Assembly (NCBI GenBank): GCA_963730445.1
Contig: CAVSRX010000007.1
Location: 115,554 to 179,553, forward strand
Length of the DNA: 64,000 bases
DNA from: Vicinamibacterales bacterium
Lineage (GTDB): Bacteria > Acidobacteriota > Vicinamibacteria > Vicinamibacterales > JAMQPK01
Direction of reading: 5' to 3'
Below the pieces are notes generated by a model, which was not told the DNA's origin, did not search any database, and worked only from the letters and a program-made list of their open reading frames with translations. The position numbers were made by a program, and so were the translations under genes. This document shows, piece after piece, positions 55,488-64,000 of this stretch. How positions within the stretch are numbered: position 1 is the first letter of the stretch; every line of letters starts with the position of its first letter.

Positions 55488-57262
55488 GGTTGGCGAAGAC
55501 CGAGGACCTCATCGCCTCGCTCGCCGCGCTCGGCATCATGATTCTGCCCCTGAGCGAAGTGGTGCTGCGGCGCTTCTTCAATACGGGCGTTCCAGGCGCG
55601 GCGCCGTTCACCTCGCATCTCACGCTCGTCGTCGGGTTGATCGGCGCGGCGATTGCCGCACGCGAAGGCAAGCTGCTCACCCTCGCCACGGGGACGATGC
55701 TGCCCGAGGGGCGTCCACGACACCTTGCCGGAGTACTTGCCGCGTTCGTCGGAGCGCTGGTGACGACGATCCTCGCCCTTGGCGGATGGCGGCTTCTCGA
55801 GGTGCACCGCGCGGCGGCGAAGGAAATTGCATTGGGCGTGCCCATCTGGGTTGCCGATCTCGCATTTCCAGTCGCCCTCGGATTGATCGCGCTTCGCCTT
55901 GTCTGGAAGTCCTCGCCAACCATGATCGGCCGCGCGCTTGCTGGATTCGGCATCGCGGCCGGCGCATGGATTTCGATCCACCCGGAGCTGCTGCTCGATC
56001 AGTCTGCCTGGCCGTGGATTGTGGTGCTCATCGGCGCCGCCATTCTGGGCATGCCGATTTACGCGCTGATTGGCGGCGCGGCCGTGATTCTGTTTCTCGT
56101 GCAGGGGGACAGCCCGGCCAACGCCATCATCGGCAGCTACGATCAGCTCACATCGACCGACCTCCCGGCCATTCCGCTGTTCACGCTCGCCGGGTTTCTG
56201 CTTGCCGAGGGGCATGCGTCGGATCGGCTGCTGCGTCTCTTTCGAGCGTATTTCGGCTGGGCTCCCGGCGGTACGGCTGTCGTGACAGCCATCCTGTGCG
56301 CGTTCTTCACGCTCTTGACCGGTGGATCGGGCGTAACGATTCTCGCGCTCGGCGGACTACTGCTGCCCGCGCTGCTCGCGGACGGCTACAGCGAGACATT
56401 TTCGCTCGGCCTGCTCACGGCAGCCGGCTCACTCGGCCTGCTCTTTCCGCCTTCGCTTCCACTGATTCTCTACGGCATCGTCGCCGAAGTGCCTATCGGC
56501 GATCTGTTCATCGGAGGCTTCCTTCCGGGGACGCTCATGCTCTGCGCACTCGCAGCGCTCGGCGTTCGCGAGGGATTGATCACGGGCAGCGCGCGCCGGC
56601 CGTTCACGATTCGCGAGGCGATCGACGCAACGTGGTGCGCAAAGTGGGAGCTGATGCTACCGGGCGTCATCGTCGGATCGCTCCTCGCCGGAGCCACGAC
56701 GGTGCAGTCCGCGGCCCTGGCGGCGCTCTATACGCTCATCGTGCAGCGATTCATCCAGCGCGATCTCGCGGGATTTGCCGATCTGCGGCGCGCGATGAGC
56801 CACTCGATTGCGCTGGTCGGCGGAATCCTGATCATTCTTGCGGTCGCCGTGGGGTTTACGACCTACCTGATCGACGCGCAGGTGCCGGCCCGCCTCGCCG
56901 ACTGGGCGAGAGAGAACATCCACTCGAAGTGGCTGTTCCTGCTCGGCCTGAATGCCTTTCTCATCGTCGTCGGCGGGCTGATGGATATCTTCTCGTCGAT
57001 CATCGTCGTCGTGCCGCTCGTCGTGCCGATTGCGACGCACTTCGAGGTCGATCCGATTCATCTGGGCATCATCTTCGTCGCGAATTCCGAGCTCGGATAC
57101 CTGACACCGCCGGTCGGCGAGAACCTGTTCGTCGCGTCGTACCGATTCAACAAGCCCGTGCTTCACCTCGCGCGGGCGATGCTGCCGATGTATGTGATTC
57201 TGCTGATCGGCGTGCTGCTCATCACCTATCTGCCATGGCTGACGACAGGGCTGTTGCGGTAA
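55484..57262 (+). CDS. TRAP transporter fused small/large permease (DctQ-DctM)
   Basis: 592 aa. The N-terminal ~150 aa are DctQ-like (4 TM). The rest is DctM-like (..IPLFTLAGFLLAEG..GGSGVTILALGGLLLPAL..GYLTPPVGENLFV). Confidence 0.85.
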   Translation: MRLAKTEDLIASLAALGIMILPLSEVVLRRFFNTGVPGAAPFTSHLTLVVGLIGAAIAAREGKLLTLATGTMLPEGRPRHLAGVLAAFVGALVTTILALGGWRLLEVHRAAAKEIALGVPIWVADLAFPVALGLIALRLVWKSSPTMIGRALAGFGIAAGAWISIHPELLLDQSAWPWIVVLIGAAILGMPIYALIGGAAVILFLVQGDSPANAIIGSYDQLTSTDLPAIPLFTLAGFLLAEGHASDRLLRLFRAYFGWAPGGTAVVTAILCAFFTLLTGGSGVTILALGGLLLPALLADGYSETFSLGLLTAAGSLGLLFPPSLPLILYGIVAEVPIGDLFIGGFLPGTLMLCALAALGVREGLITGSARRPFTIREAIDATWCAKWELMLPGVIVGSLLAGATTVQSAALAALYTLIVQRFIQRDLAGFADLRRAMSHSIALVGGILIILAVAVGFTTYLIDAQVPARLADWARENIHSKWLFLLGLNAFLIVVGGLMDIFSSIIVVVPLVVPIATHFEVDPIHLGIIFVANSELGYLTPPVGENLFVASYRFNKPVLHLARAMLPMYVILLIGVLLITYLPWLTTGLLR

Positions 57263-57292
57263 CTAGAGAGCGATCTGGGTTACCCTAACATT

Positions 57293-60200
57293 GTGAGACG
57301 GTCAGTGATCCTGTGCGCCGTCGTCCTCCTGAGCGCGAGCGCCGTCGCGCAACAGCAGCCGCCGCCAAAGCCCACGTTTCAGAGCGCCGTCACCCTCGTC
57401 ACCTCGGACGTCGTCGTCCGCGATCGACGCGGACAATTCCAGGCGAATCTCGCGAAAGAGCACTTCGAGCTGTACGAAGACGGCGTGAAGCAGGCACTCA
57501 CGTCATTCGTGCTCGTGCATGGCGGGCGCGTGTATCAGACCCCGGGCGCGGCGCAGGCCTCCGCGCGCGAAGGGGTCGTCCTGCCTGCGTCGCGGCCGGC
57601 GAACGACGCGGCCGGGCGCATCATCATCTTCGTCATCGACGATCTCCATCTCACTTCGCGCGACACACCGCGTCTGCGGCAGCTCTTCAGGCAGATGGCG
57701 AAGGAACTGGTGCACGACGGCGATCTCTTCGGCGTGGTGTCGACGGGCACGTCGTCCATTGCGATCGATCTCACCTACGACCGCGCGCGGCTCGAAGAGG
57801 CGGCCAACAAGATGAGCGGCAGCAGCCTGCGCCCTTCTGAAATCCTCCAGCAATCGGCCATGGGCACAGGGCAGGTCCCGCAAGAGGTCATGCATCGCGC
57901 CAACGTGGCCTTCTCGACGATCTACGACATGTTGAACAATCTTCAACAGACACAGCACCGGCGCAAGGCGGTCGTGCTGATCAGCAACGGCTACGACTTC
58001 GATCCCTTCGCCGCGACGCGCGCAGCAGCGAGCGATCCGCTCTTGAGCCAGGGCACGCAGTTCAATGACGCCGATCTCACCGGCCGCCTCGCCGAGCTGA
58101 CACGCCAGGCCAATCGCGCGAACGCCACAATCTACACCTTCGATCCGCGCGGCCTTGTGGCGGGACAGGACATCGACGAGCCGGTCGATGCCGTTGAATG
58201 GCAGACGCACGTGCGCAAGACGCAAGACAGCATGCGTGTCATTGCGGACTTGACCGGCGGCTTCGCCGTCGTGAACACGAACGACTTCGCGAAGGCGATG
58301 AGGCGCATCGACAACGAAACGAGCGATTACTACGTCCTCGGCTACTACTCCACCAATCCCGATCCGACACAGCGGCGCCGAACGATTGAAATCAGGTTGA
58401 ACGTGAAAGACGCAGAGAGCATGGAGCTCGTCTACCGGAAGGATACACATTACGTAACCGTTAGTGCCAGCACAAATTTGAAAGTTGCACGCAATTTCGA
58501 TTTTTTTTGCTCGCCTCAAAAAAAGTCCCCTACACTCGACCACATGGCTCGAATGTCCATCTCCGCCTCAGTCATCGTCGCGGCGATCGGCGTGCTGCTC
58601 TTTCCGGTGGCGATCTCTTCACAAGGCCGCCGTATCGGTACGCTGGAGGTCGAGAACATCAATAATCGACCCGCCGCCGCGCGCGAAGTGCTCGTGAAAC
58701 TGCGCTCGCCGCTTCCGGGCGCACAGGCCGCGCAATTTGCCTCTGGCGTCGATGCTGAAAGCGTCGAGGCAGTCGGGCGAGCCGGCATCTTCCGCGTCCG
58801 GTCGCGATCGTTTCGGGTCGCAGCGCTCATCGATGCGCTCTCGAAGCGCCCGGATGTCGTCTATGCCGAGCCGAACTTCATCGTCCACGCATTTGCCGAG
58901 CCGAACGACCCGCTGTACCCGCAGTTGTGGGGACTCAAGAACATCGGGCAGCCGGTGAATGGCGTGCCAGGAACCCCCGGCGCCGACATACGCGCCCCCG
59001 AGGGCTGGGACATGGCCCTGGGAAGTACCTCTTCTGTCGTGGCCATCGTCGATACGGGCATCGACTACACGCACCCCGATCTCGCCGCCAACATCTGGTC
59101 GGCGCCGGCGCCATTCACGGTGACGATCGGCGGCGTGTCGATCACCTGCGCGGCTGGCACGCACGGGTTCAACGCCATCAATCGAACCTGCGATCCGATG
59201 GACGACCACAATCACGGCACGCACGTGTCCGGCACTATCGGTGCGGTCGGAAACAACGGCGTCGGCGTGGCCGGCGTCAGCTGGGTGGCGTCGTTGATGG
59301 GCCTGAAGTTTCTCGGGCCAGATGGCTCTGGCACCACCGCGGATGCTATTGACGCAGTCGAGTTCGCGATTCAGGTCAAGAACATCTTCGCTGGAAGCGG
59401 AGCGGCCAACATTCGGATCCTGTCCAACAGCTGGGGCGGCGACGACTTCTCGCAAGCCATGCTGGATCAGATTCACGAGGCCAACGAAAGCGAGATGCTG
59501 TTTGTGGCGGCCGCTGGCAACTACGGCATCCCGAACGAGTTCCTGCCGAATTATCCCTCGAGCTACGACGCCCCAAATGTGGTCGCCGTCGCGGCCACGA
59601 CCAACACCGATGCGCGCGCGTACTTTTCGAACTACGGCCCAACCACTGTGCATCTTGGCGCGCCGGGTATGGATGTGCTCTCAACGATGCGGGGCAACAC
59701 CTACGGGTTCTCCAGCGGCACGTCAATGGCCGCCCCTCACGTATCGGGCGCGGGGGCGCTCGCGTTGTCGCACTGCACGCTCAACACCGCTGAGCTCAAG
59801 GCCACGCTCGTCGATTCGGTCGATGTCATTCCGTCGATGGCGACGACGACGATTTCCGGCGGCCGCTTGAACGTGCGGAGAGCGCTCGAATCGTGCTCGG
59901 CGCCTCCCTCTGCGCCCACCAGCCTGAGCGCGATCGCCGGAGACAAACAGGTGAAGCTCAACTGGCCCGCCGCGACGAACGCGTCGAGCTATCGCGTGAA
60001 GCGCAGCACCACGTCCGGCGGACCTTACACGCTCGTCGCGTCGAACATCAAGACGCTGCAATACATCGACAGCGGCCTCGTCAACGGGACAACCTACTAC
60101 TACGTTGTTTCCGCCGCGAACGTGCGGGGAGAAAGCGCGCCCTCGCCAGAAGCCTCGGCCACGCCGAAGCTTCCCGCAGATGTGATCGTGTCGGCGTTCA

Positions 60201-61573
60201 TTGTCCCCGCCAGTGCGGCGGCCGGTTCAACGTTAGCGGTCACCGCGACGACCAAGAATCAGGGCACGGGATCGGCCGGCGAGTCGACGACACGGTTCTA
60301 CATTTCCACGAACACTGTGGTGGACGCTCTCGACGTGCGCCTTCTCGAGGTGCACGCGGTTCCGTCCCTCGCGCCTGGCGTTTCCGCAACCGCGTCGATC
60401 TCGCTCGGCATTCCTTCCGATCTCGGCGCGGGCAGCTACTATCTGATTGCGAAGGCCGACGCCGATGACGTGCTGTGGGAAAACCAGGAAGCGAACAATA
60501 CGACCGCCAAGGCGCTGAAGGTCGGTCCCGATCTGCTCGTGTCGGCTCTTACGGTGCCGGCCGCCGCCGCGGAAGGTGCACTCATCACCGCGACCTATAC
60601 CGTGCGAAACCAGGGCACCTCACAGGCTGCGGCATCGACGCTGCGGTTCTTCTGGTCGGTGAATACAAGTATTGGCGCCACCGACACGGTGCTCGCCACC
60701 GTGAATCTCCTGCCGATCGGCGCCGCCGGCACGGCTTCCGGTGACGCGATGCTGACGATTCCGCCCGGCGCTGCGACAGGCACCTACAGCATCATTGCAG
60801 AGGCCGATTCATTGAAGGTCATTCAGGAATCAACGGAAACGAATAACACCCTGGCGCGAACTGTGCGCATCGGCGGCGATCTGGTGGTCTCCACATTCGA
60901 TGCGCCGGCGGTCGGTGGCGCCGGATTGCAGATTTCCATCAGCGACACGACCAAAAACACCGGCGCGGGCGAGATCGAAGCATCTCTCACGCATTTCTAT
61001 CTCTCACCAAATGCGGTGCTCTCGGCATCGGACACGCCGCTTGGAACACGCGCGGTCGGCGTGCTCGCAGCGAATCAGGCCAGCGCAGGCGTCACGCCGG
61101 TGACGATTCCCCCAGGCACAGCGGTCGGTTTGTATTATCTGTTTGCCAAAGCGGACGGCGGCGATCTCGTCGCCGAAACGCAGGAAGGCAACAACAGGGT
61201 CGTGCGATCCTTCTCGATCGGGCCAGACCTGACCGTCTCAATTACGCAGGTTCCGTCGCCGATGCTCGCCGGCACGGCAGGCCTCGTCAAAGATACCGTC
61301 ACAAACCGAGGCGGCGGTGAGGCAGGGCCGTTTGTCGTCAGGTATTACCTGTCGACGAACTCCACGTTCGACGCCGGCGATCAACTACTCGCCGAGCGGT
61401 CGATCAACTCACTCGGCCCTGGTGCGACAAGTATTGCTTCGACATCGATGACCGTTCCCGCGGGCACGGCGCCTGGGTACCACTATCTGATTGCCAGGGT
61501 AGACGCCGGCGGCGCCGTGGTGGAAAGCTCTGAGACGAACAACACCTCGGCGCATCTGATGCGAGTGAACTGA
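57293..61573 (+). CDS. uninterrupted 1426-aa ORF: VWFA-related acidobacterial-type domain protein followed by an S8 subtilisin-like protease (I9 propeptide, S8, FN3, 4x CARDB); probably two genes
   Basis: Part 1 (57293-~58464) has signal peptide MRRSVILCAVVLLSASAVA, then FQSAVTLVTSDVVVRD and IIIFVIDDLHL. Part 2 has its own ATG at 58544 and signal peptide MARMSISASVIVAAIGVLLFPVAISS. It carries the triad motifs VDTGIDYTHPDL, HGTHVSGTIGA and GTSMAAPHVSG, then FN3 (YRVKRSTTSGGPYT) and four ~115-aa CARDB-like repeats. The two parts are linked by an AT-rich spacer containing T8 and A7 runs. Confidence 0.8.
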   Translation: MRRSVILCAVVLLSASAVAQQQPPPKPTFQSAVTLVTSDVVVRDRRGQFQANLAKEHFELYEDGVKQALTSFVLVHGGRVYQTPGAAQASAREGVVLPASRPANDAAGRIIIFVIDDLHLTSRDTPRLRQLFRQMAKELVHDGDLFGVVSTGTSSIAIDLTYDRARLEEAANKMSGSSLRPSEILQQSAMGTGQVPQEVMHRANVAFSTIYDMLNNLQQTQHRRKAVVLISNGYDFDPFAATRAAASDPLLSQGTQFNDADLTGRLAELTRQANRANATIYTFDPRGLVAGQDIDEPVDAVEWQTHVRKTQDSMRVIADLTGGFAVVNTNDFAKAMRRIDNETSDYYVLGYYSTNPDPTQRRRTIEIRLNVKDAESMELVYRKDTHYVTVSASTNLKVARNFDFFCSPQKKSPTLDHMARMSISASVIVAAIGVLLFPVAISSQGRRIGTLEVENINNRPAAAREVLVKLRSPLPGAQAAQFASGVDAESVEAVGRAGIFRVRSRSFRVAALIDALSKRPDVVYAEPNFIVHAFAEPNDPLYPQLWGLKNIGQPVNGVPGTPGADIRAPEGWDMALGSTSSVVAIVDTGIDYTHPDLAANIWSAPAPFTVTIGGVSITCAAGTHGFNAINRTCDPMDDHNHGTHVSGTIGAVGNNGVGVAGVSWVASLMGLKFLGPDGSGTTADAIDAVEFAIQVKNIFAGSGAANIRILSNSWGGDDFSQAMLDQIHEANESEMLFVAAAGNYGIPNEFLPNYPSSYDAPNVVAVAATTNTDARAYFSNYGPTTVHLGAPGMDVLSTMRGNTYGFSSGTSMAAPHVSGAGALALSHCTLNTAELKATLVDSVDVIPSMATTTISGGRLNVRRALESCSAPPSAPTSLSAIAGDKQVKLNWPAATNASSYRVKRSTTSGGPYTLVASNIKTLQYIDSGLVNGTTYYYVVSAANVRGESAPSPEASATPKLPADVIVSAFIVPASAAAGSTLAVTATTKNQGTGSAGESTTRFYISTNTVVDALDVRLLEVHAVPSLAPGVSATASISLGIPSDLGAGSYYLIAKADADDVLWENQEANNTTAKALKVGPDLLVSALTVPAAAAEGALITATYTVRNQGTSQAAASTLRFFWSVNTSIGATDTVLATVNLLPIGAAGTASGDAMLTIPPGAATGTYSIIAEADSLKVIQESTETNNTLARTVRIGGDLVVSTFDAPAVGGAGLQISISDTTKNTGAGEIEASLTHFYLSPNAVLSASDTPLGTRAVGVLAANQASAGVTPVTIPPGTAVGLYYLFAKADGGDLVAETQEGNNRVVRSFSIGPDLTVSITQVPSPMLAGTAGLVKDTVTNRGGGEAGPFVVRYYLSTNSTFDAGDQLLAERSINSLGPGATSIASTSMTVPAGTAPGYHYLIARVDAGGAVVESSETNNTSAHLMRVN

Positions 61574-61602
61574 CACGGCCCGCGATTTGCTCCTAAGTCT
61601 GC

Positions 61603-62217
61603 GTGGGCGTATTCGGGCGAACCCTGGCGGGGATATTCCTCTCTTCGGGCGGACTGTTCGTACTGGCGGCGGCGGAATCGACGGTGTTCTTCTGGTTCCC
61701 TTTCGGTGTCGATGCTGCGGTCATTCTTCTCGTTGCGCGCAACACGGAGCGCGCCTGGCTGTACCCGCTAATCGCGACGGCCGGATCTGTGCTCGGCACC
61801 GCGGTGACGCTGTGGATAGGAAAAAAAGTCGGCGAGAGCGGAATCGCCCGCTACGTTCCCGCGAGGCGGCTCAAGGCCGCGAAAGCGAAAGTCAAAAAGA
61901 AAGGCGCCGCCGCGATCGCGCTGCTGGGCATCGTGCCGCCGCCGTTTCCGTTCACCGCGTTCGTCCTGGCATCGGGTGCACTCAAGGTGAACCTGCTGCG
62001 GTTTCTTGCCGTGCTGACTGTCGTGAGGCTTGTCCGGTTTGGCACCGAGGCGTTGATCGCAGCGAGATTCGGCCGCCTCGCCATCAGATGGCTCAACTCC
62101 GACGCCATGCAGTTCATCGTGGGGGGGCTTATCGTGCTGGCCTTCGCCGGTACTGCCGTGATGCTGTTCGGGCTGGCACGCCAGCGACATGTTGCGGCAA
62201 GTAAGCATAGCCGCTAG
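61603..62217 (+). CDS. YqaA/DedA-family (VTT-domain) membrane protein
   Basis: GTG start. AAESTVFFWFPFGVDAAVILLV..LIATAGSVLGTAVTLWIGKK..LLGIVPPPFPFTAFVLASGAL. Confidence 0.6.
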   Translation: MGVFGRTLAGIFLSSGGLFVLAAAESTVFFWFPFGVDAAVILLVARNTERAWLYPLIATAGSVLGTAVTLWIGKKVGESGIARYVPARRLKAAKAKVKKKGAAAIALLGIVPPPFPFTAFVLASGALKVNLLRFLAVLTVVRLVRFGTEALIAARFGRLAIRWLNSDAMQFIVGGLIVLAFAGTAVMLFGLARQRHVAASKHSR

Positions 62218-62401
62218 CGGGAGAGGACCGACCTGGCGTATTCCGCTACGCGAAAGACCGCTGACAGCGTCGCGCGCGAGAGAACCACCCCGAGGGTCAT
62301 CGAACCAGCCACCAGAACGATCGTCACCATTGCTCAGTAATATCGGCATCACCCCGCAGCACCTTCATGCCCTACTTTGGGAATGCATCTTGCAGTACCG
62401 T

Positions 62402-63091
62402 ATGGTACAAAAGGACATGCTTCGAAGATATTCGTACGCCTTAACGGCTGGAGTGTTTTCAATGGGTGCACCCGACCTGCTGGGTGTCCGTTTGGCGCGC
62501 TCTGTCCTCTTCGCCGCATTCGGATACATCCTTGGGCGCCAGGCCGACGAGTTGGCCCAGCTGTCCCAGACCGACCCGCTCACCCGGTTGCTGAACGCCC
62601 GCGGGTTCGCGGGGCGGCTCGACGCCGAAATCAAACGCTCACGGCGCTATCGCGAGCCCCTCAGCCTGTTGTTCCTCGACGTCGACGGGTTGAAGAACAT
62701 CAACGATCGCCACGGTCACCGCGCCGGCAGCGAGGTGCTGCGCGAGGTCGCCGGCGTCATTCGCACCCAGCTGCGCGAAACCGACACGGGTGCCCGTTGG
62801 GGCGGCGACGAGTTCACCGTCATCGCGCCGAATACCAGCAAGGACGCGGCAACGAGATTTGCCGAGCGCATTCGCGCGCGCGTGGCGGAACATCGCGGAG
62901 ACTGGCCCATCACCGCGTCGATCGGCGTGGCCACACTTTGCGGTGATGAAGCTGGACTGCCTGCGGATGCCGTGGCGCTGATGCGCGCGTCAGACGATGC
63001 GATGTATGAAGCGAAGCGGCGGGGAAAAAATGCCGTCGTCGCCGCAAACACGAACGGCGCGGCCGAAGCCGCGCCGTTGTGTCTAGCCTAG
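62402..63091 (+). CDS. diguanylate cyclase (GGDEF domain)
   Basis: ORF 62189..63091 trimmed to the ATG at 62402. DPLTRLLNARGF..LLFLDVDGLKNINDRHGHRAGSEVL..RWGGDEFTVIAP..SIGVA..ADDAMYEAKRRGKN. Confidence 0.85.
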   Translation: MVQKDMLRRYSYALTAGVFSMGAPDLLGVRLARSVLFAAFGYILGRQADELAQLSQTDPLTRLLNARGFAGRLDAEIKRSRRYREPLSLLFLDVDGLKNINDRHGHRAGSEVLREVAGVIRTQLRETDTGARWGGDEFTVIAPNTSKDAATRFAERIRARVAEHRGDWPITASIGVATLCGDEAGLPADAVALMRASDDAMYEAKRRGKNAVVAANTNGAAEAAPLCLA

Positions 63092-63115
63092 ATCCCGAAA
63101 GCCCGATCGTTCTTC

Positions 63116-64000
63116 CTACCAGTACAGCTTCAACCCCAACTGCATCTGGCGCGGTGAATTGCCCTGCGAGGTAATCATGCCGAAGTTCGCGTCGTTGAAG
63201 CTCGTATTCGGCGCGCCCCAGACGACGCGATTCAGCACGTTGAACGCTTCCAGACGGACGTCCATGCGAAGCGCATTAGTCATGCCGATCGTCTTGGCGA
63301 GGCTGATGTTCTCCGACAGGTTCCAGAATCGCCGCACATCGCCGTTGATCCGCGGCGTGTTGCCCAGCTGCCCGACAGGCTGCACGAACGCGGCGCTGTT
63401 GAGGAAGCGGTCGACGCGCGGATTGAACTCGTCACCGGCAGTCTTCGCGCGCCAGTCGGCGCCGGTCACGTTCGGACGATTCGTGCCGTTGAAAATCGGC
63501 AGCGGCGCGCTGGTCGTCACGCCGATCGGAAGACCGCTGACGTAGCTCTGGACCGCGGCAATCCGCCAACCACCCAGCACATGGCTCCCGATACCGCTGG
63601 TGAGCCAGCGCTTTCCGCTGCCGAACGGCAGTTCAAAGACGGTATTCAGCTTGATGCTGTGCGTCTGATCGAACCGGCCGATCGAATATTCGAGCTCAGG
63701 CTGCGCCGTATCCATGGCGCCGGTGCTGCCGCTGAACGCGTCAGCGTTGGTCATCAGCTTTGAATAGGTGTAGCTCCCCTGGAACAGGAACCCGGCGGAC
63801 AACCGCTGCGTCAGCTTCAAGACGCCGGCGTGATACATCGATCGGCCGGTCTTGTCGCCGCCGCTATTGGTGGTGTTGATGTTGTTGTACTGCGGAAACG
63901 GACGCAGTGACTGCGCAACGTTTCGGTTCGTCTGTATGGCCGCATTCGTGAAATTCGTGTACGGGATCTTGATTCCGGCCGCGACGGCCGCCGGCGAGTT
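63116..64000 (-). CDS. TonB-dependent receptor, C-terminal part (5' end outside the window)
   Basis: The frame stays open from 63838 to the window edge (..PFPQYNNINTTNSGGDKTGRSMYHAGVLKLTQR..). It shows a beta-barrel strand pattern and the terminal ..PRQMQLGLKLYW aromatic residue. Confidence 0.75.
   Translation of the reverse strand, partial: NSPAAVAAGIKIPYTNFTNAAIQTNRNVAQSLRPFPQYNNINTTNSGGDKTGRSMYHAGVLKLTQRLSAGFLFQGSYTYSKLMTNADAFSGSTGAMDTAQPELEYSIGRFDQTHSIKLNTVFELPFGSGKRWLTSGIGSHVLGGWRIAAVQSYVSGLPIGVTTSAPLPIFNGTNRPNVTGADWRAKTAGDEFNPRVDRFLNSAAFVQPVGQLGNTPRINGDVRRFWNLSENISLAKTIGMTNALRMDVRLEAFNVLNRVVWGAPNTSFNDANFGMITSQGNSPRQMQLGLKLYW

Noticed and set aside
58501-58524. T8-GCTCGCCTC-A7 as a rho-independent terminator between the VWA and S8 parts
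   Set aside because: The stem would be A-T only, with no GC-rich hairpin preceding a T-tract. It is noted only as an error-prone homopolymer pair and as evidence of intergenic character.

Overview
All family calls here come from reading motifs by eye; no BLAST or HMM search was run. This is a high-GC bacterial chromosomal segment. VWFA-related acidobacterial-type proteins, a PEP-CTERM-tailed ORF, an exosortase-type EPS gene set and a TonB-dependent receptor ending ..LGLKLYW point to Acidobacteriota (inference). Layout: (1) 3-1874, a 5'-partial secreted protein. (2) 1.9-34.2 kb, one ~32-kb run of ~30 minus-strand genes forming an exopolysaccharide (EPS) locus. It is headed by a NusG/RfaH-like paralog, its genes are joined by many ATGA/GTGA start-stop overlaps, and it ends convergent with gene 1. 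(3) 34.2-38.9 kb, arsR divergent from arsM-ppk-arsC, then map. (4) 38.9-44.2 kb, mixed small genes: a secreted nuclease with a Zn-ribbon ORF, VWA, GrpB, Skp-like, GYD, an ATP-dependent DNA ligase and a secreted hypothetical. (5) 44.2-47.7 kb, tRNA-Pro(TGG) followed by a decayed ~3.5-kb integrative element bounded by a perfect 52-bp direct repeat. (6) 47.7-48.9 kb, a BACON-like repeat gene fragment and a DUF1801-like gene. (7) 49.0-57.3 kb, a tightly packed plus-strand block: proline dehydrogenase, threonine-synthase-like, secreted MBL hydrolase, DASS permease and a TatT-DctP-DctQM TRAP system. (8) 57.3-61.6 kb, a 1426-aa ORF that looks like a VWA gene fused to an S8 protease gene. (9) A YqaA/DedA-like gene, a GGDEF gene and a partial TonB-dependent receptor. 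I saw no rRNA, no CRISPR array and no recognisable defence system. The most unusual signals are: (a) many single-base frameshifts in conserved genes, concentrated at 10.9-17.7 kb, which may be assembly error or real decay; (b) a 7-nt-periodic palindromic repeat between the signal peptide and mature part of a beta-helix gene; (c) a 27-nt identical REP-like hairpin family lying inside coding sequence; (d) ppk1 embedded in an ars operon; (e) an array of ~9 GAGTC sites filling the arsC-map spacer, with inverted copies after map; (f) the tRNA-Pro island carrying the only PEP-CTERM ORF in the window.
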